Origin: Paraphysomonas bandaiensis
Lineage: Eukaryota > Protista > Chrysophyceae
Assembly: GCA_965644295.1 (NCBI GenBank)
Contig: CBFFRP010000419.1
Location: 62,001 to 126,000 of the forward strand
Length of the DNA: 64,000 nt
Direction: 5' to 3'
This document shows, one piece after another, positions 37,340 through 45,991 of the stretch (position 1 is its first letter; every line of letters begins with the position of its first letter). The notes beneath the pieces are model-generated. The model had not been told where the DNA came from. It saw only the letters and a list, made by a program, of their open reading frames with translations, and did not search any database. Made by a program: the position numbers and the translations under genes.

Positions 37340-37894
37340 TTATGCGAAATAATCATCTGAATTAAATGTCACATGTCTTTGTGTAGCGGGTTGTCTTTGT
37401 ATAGATACTTGTTCATCTTCTGATTCTGATTCAGATTCTGATGATTCAACCACAATTGTTTTCTTTTTTGGTTTTCTTTTGGATGGTCTTTTAACAACTA
37501 TAACCTCTTCATCTGATTCTGAATCATCATATATTATTTTTTGTCTAGGAGCTCGTTTAACAACAGGCCTTGGTGCTGGTTTTGGTTCGGGATCTGTCTT
37601 TGTTACTGATTGTTCTTCTTGATGTTTGGCTAATAATTTTGCATAATGTAATTCCTTTTCTTGTTGCCTCTTTGCAGCATTCTCTGCTCTCTTTTGTCTA
37701 GCCTTTTCAAATGCTTGTAGTTGGGCTTGTGTTTTAGGCTTTGTCATCACTCTTTTCTTTTTCACAGGAGCGGACTGAATAGGTGCTTGGGGTGTGTTAA
37801 CAGGCTCCTCTGGTATGGTTGCGAGTTGTTTGACCTGTCTTTTCGGCTTTGTTAAAGGAATTGATTCTTCTATATATTCTTCGGGTTCTACCAT
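37340..37894 (-). CDS. Viral hypothetical protein, 184 aa, K/P/E/S-rich; ends NSDDYFA
   Basis: Intact ORF, divergent from the packaging ATPase. Confidence 0.75.
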   Translation of the reverse strand: MVEPEEYIEESIPLTKPKRQVKQLATIPEEPVNTPQAPIQSAPVKKKRVMTKPKTQAQLQAFEKARQKRAENAAKRQQEKELHYAKLLAKHQEEQSVTKTDPEPKPAPRPVVKRAPRQKIIYDDSESDEEVIVVKRPSKRKPKKKTIVVESSESESESEDEQVSIQRQPATQRHVTFNSDDYFA

Positions 37895-37952
37895 TATATA
37901 GTTACTGTAGAAAAAATATTTACAAAATATTAATATATTTACTCATAATATA

Positions 37953-38684
37953 ATGAAAATAACAGAAACACCTTCTGATTTGCCTAATACAGCACCTATT
38001 AAAGAAGTTATGGACGTCTATATACCAAACATCAATGAACACTTACCACATCGAAATGGGTTTATATATACTTTAATAGGATCTGGTGGATCAGGAAAAA
38101 CAAGTTTATTATTGTCAATGTTTAAGTCATCTAGATTTTACAGAGCCAAATTTGATAATATATACTTAATCACCCCACAGAGTAGCTTTCTCAGTGTAGA
38201 AAAACATCCTTTTAGTGAGCATGGAAAGGTATATCATGAATTAACACCGGAATTATTGGATATAATATATGATGAATTATCAAACTTAAAAGAAAGTAAT
38301 ATAGAGCAGGGTATTCCTCCAGAATATAATTTAGTTATTATTGATGATTATGCAAATCATTTAAAAGACAATGTTTTAATTAAACATTTGAACAGAATGC
38401 TTATCAAAGCAAGACATTTAAATACAGCTTTTGTTTTTACGTTACAATCATATAATTTATTTCCATTAACATTGAGAAAACAAATAACTAACATGACTTT
38501 GTTTAAACCTAAAAATCAACAAGAGTGGACAGTTGTAACATCAGAACTATTAAATATGACAAAAGATAATGCTGTTGAGCTCTATGATTATGTTTATGAT
38601 AAAAACTATAATCATTTAGATGTTGATACAGTTGAAAACAAATTATTTAAAAACTTTAACACGCTATCAATTGAAAACAATTAA
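37953..38684 (+). CDS. A32-like (FtsK-HerA) genome packaging ATPase
   Basis: Walker A GSGGSGKT, Walker B LVIIDDY, KARH motif and following FVFTLQSY. Confidence 0.92.
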   Translation: MKITETPSDLPNTAPIKEVMDVYIPNINEHLPHRNGFIYTLIGSGGSGKTSLLLSMFKSSRFYRAKFDNIYLITPQSSFLSVEKHPFSEHGKVYHELTPELLDIIYDELSNLKESNIEQGIPPEYNLVIIDDYANHLKDNVLIKHLNRMLIKARHLNTAFVFTLQSYNLFPLTLRKQITNMTLFKPKNQQEWTVVTSELLNMTKDNAVELYDYVYDKNYNHLDVDTVENKLFKNFNTLSIENN

Positions 38685-38706
38685 TATCTAATATAACAAT
38701 ATATAC

Positions 38707-39096
38707 ATGGAAATTAAAACATACGATTCTGATAATGATTCAACTAATTTAGAATATGATTCTGATTTACAATATTTTTTATCATCTGATTCAGAGGAGG
38801 AACTGCCGGATGAACTTGATTATCAGGTCAAACCAAAACGCTTAGATGAAGTTATAGATATAAATATGTTACACTACAACGATTCTTTTAAAAGACAAGG
38901 TATACGTCATGTATTAAGAAATATGCCCAACGGAACAGGTTTTCACATTCCAGGATGGCAACAAGTACTTGAAACTATTGCTGAAAATATCAGTGATTCC
39001 CCATTAGAGGAGTTAATGAATAGAAAAATATATGATTGTAATAATATAGATGAGCGAAAAGATATGTCTCTTTCTGAACAGCAAGACGGCGAGTAA
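38707..39096 (+). CDS. Viral hypothetical acidic protein, 129 aa
   Basis: Intact ORF between the ATPase and the minor capsid gene; overlaps the latter by 47 nt. Confidence 0.65.
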   Translation: MEIKTYDSDNDSTNLEYDSDLQYFLSSDSEEELPDELDYQVKPKRLDEVIDINMLHYNDSFKRQGIRHVLRNMPNGTGFHIPGWQQVLETIAENISDSPLEELMNRKIYDCNNIDERKDMSLSEQQDGE

Positions 39097-39784
39097 ATAT
39101 ATTAACGGCAATACATCGGATTGTGTTTTTTATTTACCGGTCATAAATATTCCAAAACATAGAAAGATATTTTGTTCAGTTCAAACGGCGATGATACCCT
39201 ATTCATTTTACAACATTAGTTCAATTAATAACACTTTAAAATATACAGTCAATGGTGGTGGAGTACAAACATTAACTATTACAGAAGGAAATTATAACGT
39301 TAATACCTTGATAACAGAAATTACAACTGGCATACCCGCTTTGACAATCACATATAACAGCAAAACAAACAAATTAACCTTTTCACATAGTACATATGAT
39401 TTTACATTTGAATCGAATAGTACTTGTTTTGAAGTTCTTGGTTTTACAGATGATACAACATACTCGTCAACGTCACAAGTGCTTACAAGTACCATATCAA
39501 TTAATTTATTCACAATTAGAAATGTTTATGTTACATCTGATAACTTTCAAATCAATAATATTAACAATTCAACACCTAATAAAAGTAATATATTATGCAG
39601 TATTCCTGTAGATTCTTCCCATCACAGTATGATCAGTTACTCTAATATATACAATGTTCGTAATATGATCTATAATGTTCATAATTTAACAAATTTACAT
39701 GTTAAACTCACGGATCAAGATGATGATGTGCTTGATCTGAATGGAGTTCATTGGTCTTTAACTCTAGAGCTTGATATAGAATAA
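39050..39784 (+). CDS. Minor capsid (penton) protein, single jelly roll
   Basis: PLV-type penton pattern: LFLNSK, IPYSFYNI, ITEGNYN, ILCSIPV and C-terminal VKLTDQDDDVLDLNGVHWSLTLEL. Confidence 0.82.
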   Translation: MSEKICLFLNSKTASKYINGNTSDCVFYLPVINIPKHRKIFCSVQTAMIPYSFYNISSINNTLKYTVNGGGVQTLTITEGNYNVNTLITEITTGIPALTITYNSKTNKLTFSHSTYDFTFESNSTCFEVLGFTDDTTYSSTSQVLTSTISINLFTIRNVYVTSDNFQINNINNSTPNKSNILCSIPVDSSHHSMISYSNIYNVRNMIYNVHNLTNLHVKLTDQDDDVLDLNGVHWSLTLELDIE

Positions 39785-39808
39785 TTAAAATATAGTGTAT
39801 ATATATAC

Positions 39809-40246
39809 ATGAAACTAGGTAAGAAGTTTGATCGAGGTGTTCGAAAGCTTGGTCACAAAATAGATAAGAAGGCTCATCAATTAGGGCATAAATCTCACGA
39901 CGTACTTCAAAAAGCACAAAAAGCAAATCGTAAAGTTGTTAATACTGGATCAAAAGTATTACACAATGTTAGAAAAGGGGTAGATATTGCCGACGCTGTA
40001 CTCACTACTGCAGTAGATTCTGGTGCATCAAACGTCCCTATAGTAGGCGATGGTATAGCTTTAGCAAGTAAAGGATTGCATGGTGCTAGAAAAGGGCTTG
40101 ATAAAGGGGATAAAGCTTTACACAAATATAAGAACGCAAGTAACAAAGCTCTTAAACATGCCAACAAACACGCTAATGATCTCGAAAAGTGGAACTCTAG
40201 GAAAAAGATTGAACAAGCCACCGCAGATGAAGATGGATTCGCATAA
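39809..40246 (+). CDS. Basic amphipathic protein (candidate core or membrane-active virion protein); ends ADEDGFA
   Basis: 11-aa periodic LGKK/LGHK/LGHK, K/H-rich; lies between the penton and MCP genes. Confidence 0.72.
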   Translation: MKLGKKFDRGVRKLGHKIDKKAHQLGHKSHDVLQKAQKANRKVVNTGSKVLHNVRKGVDIADAVLTTAVDSGASNVPIVGDGIALASKGLHGARKGLDKGDKALHKYKNASNKALKHANKHANDLEKWNSRKKIEQATADEDGFA

Positions 40247-40318
40247 ACAATATATAAAACATATTTAATTTTGAAATTATATAGATATTTATTTTATCCA
40301 TGTAATATATAAAAACGA

Positions 40319-41734
40319 ATGATCCCTAAAAATCTACTTTATACTAACAAGCGATCAAGCGCTTATGCCCGTAACTTCAGCACACATGTACAACCATTGA
40401 ACGGATCGGGAAACTACTTAGATGGGCAAACTATCATTATCAATATACCAACTGCACAGAATCTTGTTATGGCGGGTTCTGAATCACTCTTAAAATTTGA
40501 CTTGACAGTAACTAATGGAGCCGGAGCAAATGCCTACGCTCGTTTAGATAGAGCTGGAGCTCACGGTTGCATTCAAAGGCTTAGACTTTATCATGGCTCT
40601 CAACTCCTAGAAGATATTGATAATTACGGCAATCTTGTAGGCATGCTTATGTCATTACAACAATCTGGAGACTCTGCTAAAGGTAAGTTAAACATTATGG
40701 CTGGGTTAACGAGAGATTCCTTTTGTGATGTGACTGATTCAACAGTAGCAGATGCAGGTACTCTATTAACAAAAATTCAAGGGGCAACCAACCAAGTTTT
40801 TACTATTAACTCAGGTGAAAGACTTATTGATGACGGACAAACAACACAGTTTGCAGATATCGCAGCGGGCGGAGATACTCTTACTAGAACTTACACCATT
40901 AACTTGCTCTCTATCGTTGGATCTCTCTCTGACAAATACATTCCTCTTTTTGCAATGACAAGCGCACCTCTTAGACTTGAGCTTCAACTAGTTTCTAGCC
41001 CAGCGAAATTTATTTGTTCTGAACTTGCATTGTCCTCTTTTAAAGTAAATAACTGTGAATTTATTGCTCAATTTATGGAGCTTGGAAGTGAAGCAATGAA
41101 TATAATCAATAATTCCGCACCTGGTGGAAGACTTGAGTGGGTTGTTCCTGCATGGAGAAACTATGTATATAATGCAACACTAGCAAACGCATCAACACAA
41201 GTATCTATACCTGTGCCAGCTAAATTCAACAGCTTGAAATCTCTTTTTATGACTCAAAGAGAAAATGCCGACGGTGCTATTACTTATTTTCCTATGGGTT
41301 CATGTCATTATAATCTTGCACAATATACGCTCCGATTAGGTTCAAAAGTTGTACCATCTAAAGCACCCGAAACAGTACCCGAGTTTTTCATTGAAGCTAT
41401 AAAGGCTATAGGTAGCGTGTCAGATATCAATCACGAGCCTAATATTGATTTAGGAGATTATGATGTTGATGTCCCAACGGTTAATGCTGAAACAGAAAAT
41501 TATGTAGATGATACCGCCAGTTCAGAGGCTTTCTTTGTTGGTATGGATCTTGAAACATATTCAAATGCTGATAAAGATTCTATCTACTCAGGATACAATA
41601 CCTCTAATGATGATGTGTTTTGGCACTGTACATATAACGCAAATGCAACAACACCATCCGTCAGATTTGATACATACGCTATGTATGACGCTGTTATGGT
41701 GTGTGAAGCCGGAGTGGCTTATGTCCAATTTTAG
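40319..41734 (+). CDS. Major capsid protein (double jelly roll, PLV type)
   Basis: 471 aa, beta-rich. PLV-like N-terminus MIPKNL...QPLNG..Y..GQTIIINIP..SESLLKF, then IQRLRLYHGSQLLEDIDNYG, KYIPLFAM..PLRLELQL, FFVGMDLE and C-terminal YAMYD. Sits in the ATPase-penton-MCP module. Confidence 0.88.
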   Translation: MIPKNLLYTNKRSSAYARNFSTHVQPLNGSGNYLDGQTIIINIPTAQNLVMAGSESLLKFDLTVTNGAGANAYARLDRAGAHGCIQRLRLYHGSQLLEDIDNYGNLVGMLMSLQQSGDSAKGKLNIMAGLTRDSFCDVTDSTVADAGTLLTKIQGATNQVFTINSGERLIDDGQTTQFADIAAGGDTLTRTYTINLLSIVGSLSDKYIPLFAMTSAPLRLELQLVSSPAKFICSELALSSFKVNNCEFIAQFMELGSEAMNIINNSAPGGRLEWVVPAWRNYVYNATLANASTQVSIPVPAKFNSLKSLFMTQRENADGAITYFPMGSCHYNLAQYTLRLGSKVVPSKAPETVPEFFIEAIKAIGSVSDINHEPNIDLGDYDVDVPTVNAETENYVDDTASSEAFFVGMDLETYSNADKDSIYSGYNTSNDDVFWHCTYNANATTPSVRFDTYAMYDAVMVCEAGVAYVQF

Positions 41735-41836
41735 TAGAAAAAAATACTTAAAAGGATGTCACAATATTAGAGTATAGAATAAATTCACTGAAAGAAGAAA
41801 CATAATTTAAATTTCTAATTATAATGTATAACGATT

Positions 41837-43473
41837 ATGAACAATGGTTATACATCATTAAACATACCATCTTTGAATGGATTACAAACAATAAAAGCGG
41901 ACGAAATAACGACTGGCAGTTTAACAAGTGATAATATATATTTAGACACACTTGAAACAAGCAATATTATTATTGACACTGACATAACAATGCAGTCAGG
42001 GGCTAGTATTGTTGCAAATGGCACAACTATTTCAGATGTTGAACTCAGTTATATTGATGGACTCACTTCAAACGCACAAACTCAAATTACTACAAACGCA
42101 AACAACATAGCAACTAATACATCAAATATATCCACAAATACAACTAATATTGCAACTAATACATCAAATATATCCACAAATACAACTAATATTGCAACCA
42201 ATACATCAAATATATCCACAAACACCACCAATATAGCAACCAATACATCAAATATATCCACAAACACCACCAATATAGCAACCAATACTAGTGATATAGC
42301 AACGAACGCAACTAACATAGCAACCAATACAAGTGATATAGCAACTAACACGGCAGATATTGCTAGTATTGATGTAGACCTCTCAACAGCCGAATCAAAT
42401 ATAGCAACCAATACATCAAATATATCTACTAACACAACCAACATAGCAACTAACACATCAAACATATCAACCAATACATCTAACATATCAACCAATACAT
42501 CTAACATATCAACCAATACAACCAACATAGCTACTAACACATCTGACATTGCAACCATTGAATCAACTATAACACCTTTGTCGTATACCGGTGGCGGATA
42601 TGATGATTTAACTATTTCAAGCGATCTATTACTAAATAAAAGTTATGGATTACATACTGTGTCAGGTACAGGAAGCACATTCAGAATGACAGGAAGTAAT
42701 TGTAGGTTTGAAATCACAGGATCGGGCGGTGTTCTAGAATTTTCAGATGCTAGCGAACAAACAAAAGCGTTTAGTTCTGATTATAGCACATTATTAGATG
42801 ATATAACAAGAAGTTCAAATGAATGGACTTTCCCAGTCAATACATTATTAAAAGCTGGTGGAGGAGGCGCAATTGATGAAATAAGATGTGATCACATCAA
42901 TTGTTATACAAAAGTAGAATATCCAGATGCTACCATTCAAACAACAGCGTTCACAGCTACTGATAGAACGGATTTGGATACATTAACTAGCAAAAAAATT
43001 GTTATTGGGAAGAAATTGATGATCCAGTAACTTATTTCTCATCCATGGCTTATAATACAACTTATCAAACATCTAGCGGTGGACATTATATGACATCTTC
43101 GGAATTGAGTACAACACCTACAGGCGGTGATTCAAATATGATTGATTCATCAGGTTACATTCAGTATACAGGACGATACATGCTACAAGTTTCTTTTGAA
43201 ATCATGGGTATTAAATCATGGACAGATATACGCGCGCGTGTATTAGTTAAGAAAAATGGAACGCTAGAAAGAGCAACTCTTTATGGTCCGGGTGTATGGG
43301 ATGCAAATCGTGGAAGTGTTAGTACTGTAGGTTGTACTCTAGCACCGCTTATATTTACTGTTGGAGATGTTGCCGATAATTGGACATTTGAAATTCATAC
43401 ATATAATAATTTCCAAACTGTAGGATCAGGTTCAATATTTTGGAAAACGCATATTGATTTAGTTCAACTCTAA
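41837..43473 (+). CDS. Fibre/spike-like protein with an IxxNTxx trimeric coiled-coil stalk and a beta-rich head, split by a -1 frameshift at the A7 run 42992-42998
   Basis: ORF 41837-43030 carries about 20 heptads IATNTSN/ISTNTTN. The -1 frame opens at 42991, right after TAG, and runs into ORF 43045-43473. Confidence 0.7.
42100..42555 (+). repeat. 21-bp coding tandem repeat (coiled-coil heptads)
   Basis: Repeated ATAGCAACCAATACATCAAAT-like units. Confidence 0.9.
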
Positions 43474-43914
43474 AATAGGTGTAAACAGCAATGATATGCA
43501 CCAATATGTTGTTGCAGAGTCATCTACAACACCAGACATAGGTGTTAAATCTGGTTCATATAAACTGAAATGTATTCTTCTTTTTTGTCTAAAGTTCTTC
43601 ACTTTAAACAAAGACCCTTCTCCTGATGTCATTTGTGATATGCTATCATCTGTATTCATATATGATATTACACATTGATTACTATCAAATCCTTGATAAT
43701 ATCCATCTTCTGCCAAATCATCTGCAACTAATAAAACATAATGGGGATGACCTGTTGCTAGTGAATCACAATTCATTATAAAACCAGTGCATTGAACACT
43801 GTACCAGTCATAATTTTGTGGTAGTGGGTCTAAATCTATGTAGCAATTTTCAGCATCTCCTGATGCAGCATTGGCCGATGAGATAACATAAGTAAAACTA
43901 TTAATATTTTGCAT
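43459..43914 (-). CDS. Penton-like single jelly-roll domain protein (1 domain)
   Basis: Starts MQNINSFTYVISS; homologous by eye to both halves of the adjacent ORF. Confidence 0.65.
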   Translation of the reverse strand: MQNINSFTYVISSANAASGDAENCYIDLDPLPQNYDWYSVQCTGFIMNCDSLATGHPHYVLLVADDLAEDGYYQGFDSNQCVISYMNTDDSISQMTSGEGSLFKVKNFRQKRRIHFSLYEPDLTPMSGVVDDSATTYWCISLLFTPILELN

Positions 43915-43940
43915 TATATATTTAGAGTAGAAAAATAAAA

Positions 43941-44888
43941 TTAATCTATCGGTGTTATGATACATGTTATATGATAATATGTTGTTGCGCCATTATCAAC
44001 ATCAGCGCCTAAAACCTCTTCGCCTGTGAAAGGATAATACATTTTGAATCTTACACGACGATTATATTTCATGTTGCTTATTTTAAATACTGGGCCATTA
44101 CCTGCAAATAGACAAGGTTCACTTGTGTTTTTAATGTATGGACTCGCAATAATCATTCTGTCGGTCTGGCTCTGATATCCTCCGTATCCATTTTCTGCAA
44201 ATCCATATGAATATAAATTAATATATCGATATTGTCCAGTTGCCAATGTACCTGTGTTTATTTTAATATCAACGACGTCCACGAAATAGCTGTTAAAGTT
44301 ATCGTTTATGCTTGGTAATGTTATATAGCAATCATTTGCGCTTCCTTCTGCGTTTACGCTGGTAATGGAATATGTGAATGATTTATATTTATTGCTTATT
44401 ATATACTTACATGGTGATGATCTGATGGGTGTTAATGACAAATGTAATGTCCAGCGTTTCTTATAGCCTCCTAGTGCGACCGTGTCCTGATTGAATCCTT
44501 CGCAATTCCTCAGTGTAAATCGTATGGTTTTATTATTAAAGTTTCTTACCATATACACCATATTGGTTAAATTATTAGCAATCCCCTTTCTATGTTCTGC
44601 AAGTTCAGAAGCAAAAATTGGAGGCATGATAGCCTTAAAACTGGAATCATTATGAGTGCTGTATCCTGTTTCTACAAAATCCTTTGCTTCAATGAGGACA
44701 GCAGATGATGTCGGTGTATCTAGTAAAACTGACGTGGCATTAAAGAATAATGGGCAACATATAAAATATTCAACATCATTGGGTAGTAATGCGAGCATAG
44801 GTATATCACATGAAGCATTATCTCCTGATGATGAATTGCATGTATCTACTACGTATGTGAATGTCTCATCTGTATAGAAGTCTTTCAT
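43941..44888 (-). CDS. Penton-like protein with two tandem homologous domains
   Basis: Starts MKDFYTDETFTY. Each half has FTY, N..G...C.I, F.E.GY, (I/V)RF and terminal TPI. Confidence 0.65.
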   Translation of the reverse strand: MKDFYTDETFTYVVDTCNSSSGDNASCDIPMLALLPNDVEYFICCPLFFNATSVLLDTPTSSAVLIEAKDFVETGYSTHNDSSFKAIMPPIFASELAEHRKGIANNLTNMVYMVRNFNNKTIRFTLRNCEGFNQDTVALGGYKKRWTLHLSLTPIRSSPCKYIISNKYKSFTYSITSVNAEGSANDCYITLPSINDNFNSYFVDVVDIKINTGTLATGQYRYINLYSYGFAENGYGGYQSQTDRMIIASPYIKNTSEPCLFAGNGPVFKISNMKYNRRVRFKMYYPFTGEEVLGADVDNGATTYYHITCIITPID

Positions 44889-44928
44889 TATATATTTCTG
44901 CGAGAAAAATATATATAGGTATATTATT

Positions 44929-45117
44929 ATGGACAGATTGAAAGCAAAATTCAATAAGAAGATTACAGGCGCTCAGAACAAACTGAACAAGAAGGTAAGT
45001 GGCGCTCAGAACAAACTGAACAAGAAGGTCAGTGGTGCTCAGAGTAAAGTAAACAAGAAGGTAAACGGAGCACGAAAAAAGGCGAACAATAAAATCAATA
45101 GCCTAAAGTTCTTTTAA
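44929..45117 (+). CDS. 62-aa highly basic peptide with 11-aa repeats (NKKVSGAQNKL)
   Basis: ATG in a TATATT context; 33-bp repeats with synonymous variation, which suggests coding constraint. Confidence 0.65.
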   Translation: MDRLKAKFNKKITGAQNKLNKKVSGAQNKLNKKVSGAQSKVNKKVNGARKKANNKINSLKFF

Positions 45118-45298
45118 AATTGGGGTTTTTTCGGTTTTTTCGGTTTTGTTGTTTTTTAGAAGCAAAATGGCTGTTATGAGAACCCAAACCGCTACAGCAA
45201 GAATTATTTTTTGACAAAAACGGTCTGGAATTCTCATAACATGCTGATGTGGTCAAGCCTGCATCAACTGTATTTGAATTTCATGTTGTTTGTTTTAG

Positions 45299-45375
45299 AA
45301 AAACGCCTTTTTACAATGTGGCGGCACCGGGATTCGAACCAGAGGATTTCGCCTGCCGCCACAGACTACATCCGC
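45299..45375 (-). ncRNA. Candidate Pol III tRNA-like small RNA (not a complete tRNA)
   Basis: Minus strand: A-box-like TAGTCTGTGG (45368-45359), B box GGTTCGAATCC (45340-45330), 10-bp perfect stem TGTGGCGGCA/TGCCGCCACA and a T5 terminator (45303-45299). Confidence 0.5.
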
Positions 45376-45560
45376 TGGTGCGACTCCAACGTCTTTCATT
45401 GTATGTCACGACATGATTTAAATATATAAATGTAATATTTTCTGTCGTTTCAGGATGCGTTTTTCGCTTGTTTTCCTTAGATCAATATGTGTATCGATAT
45501 ATGTGCTGTGGAGATAATGTTATATGCGATATATATATATGCATCACACATAGACTCATC

Positions 45561-45911
45561 ATGGTGTGCTCTCGCTGCAAGAATCCTGACCACAACATGG
45601 CTTCATGGGATTGTCCTCTTCGAAAGTCTTATGTTCCAAAGAATCGTCGTCCGGCCGACTACATTGACCATGAGAGCATCAAATATTTAAATGCTCTCAA
45701 GAACAGATCAATGGAAGAAGAAGCTGAGCTTCAAATTGAAGGAAACTCGATTGTTTTTACTGCCGATGAAAATGACCTTCGTCTTGAATTTGAGCTCTCG
45801 GATCTCATGAAAGAGCTGTCAATGGAGAAAAAGCTTGATCTGATTCGCAAAATGGAGGCGATTTTCGAGGATGAGCAAGAAGAGTTGCTGGATGACGCCT
45901 GCAAGAAGTAG
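45561..45911 (+). CDS. Zinc-knuckle-like protein with an acidic helical C-terminus
   Basis: MVCSRCKNPDHNMASWDC; codons visibly GC-richer than in the other viral genes. Confidence 0.6.
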   Translation: MVCSRCKNPDHNMASWDCPLRKSYVPKNRRPADYIDHESIKYLNALKNRSMEEEAELQIEGNSIVFTADENDLRLEFELSDLMKELSMEKKLDLIRKMEAIFEDEQEELLDDACKK

Positions 45912-45991
45912 CTTTTCATTCTTGCTTGTTTCTGTTTTCTTATTATGTGCTATATATGAGATAGCAAGGTTGGTATTTTGTTATGCCCATA

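Noticed and set aside
42082-42558. Hydrophobic repeat ORF on the minus strand
   Set aside because: Antisense shadow of the fibre heptad repeat.
45317-45375. Canonical tRNA gene
   Set aside because: There is no room for D and anticodon arms between the acceptor strand and the T-arm; kept only as a tRNA-like ncRNA candidate.
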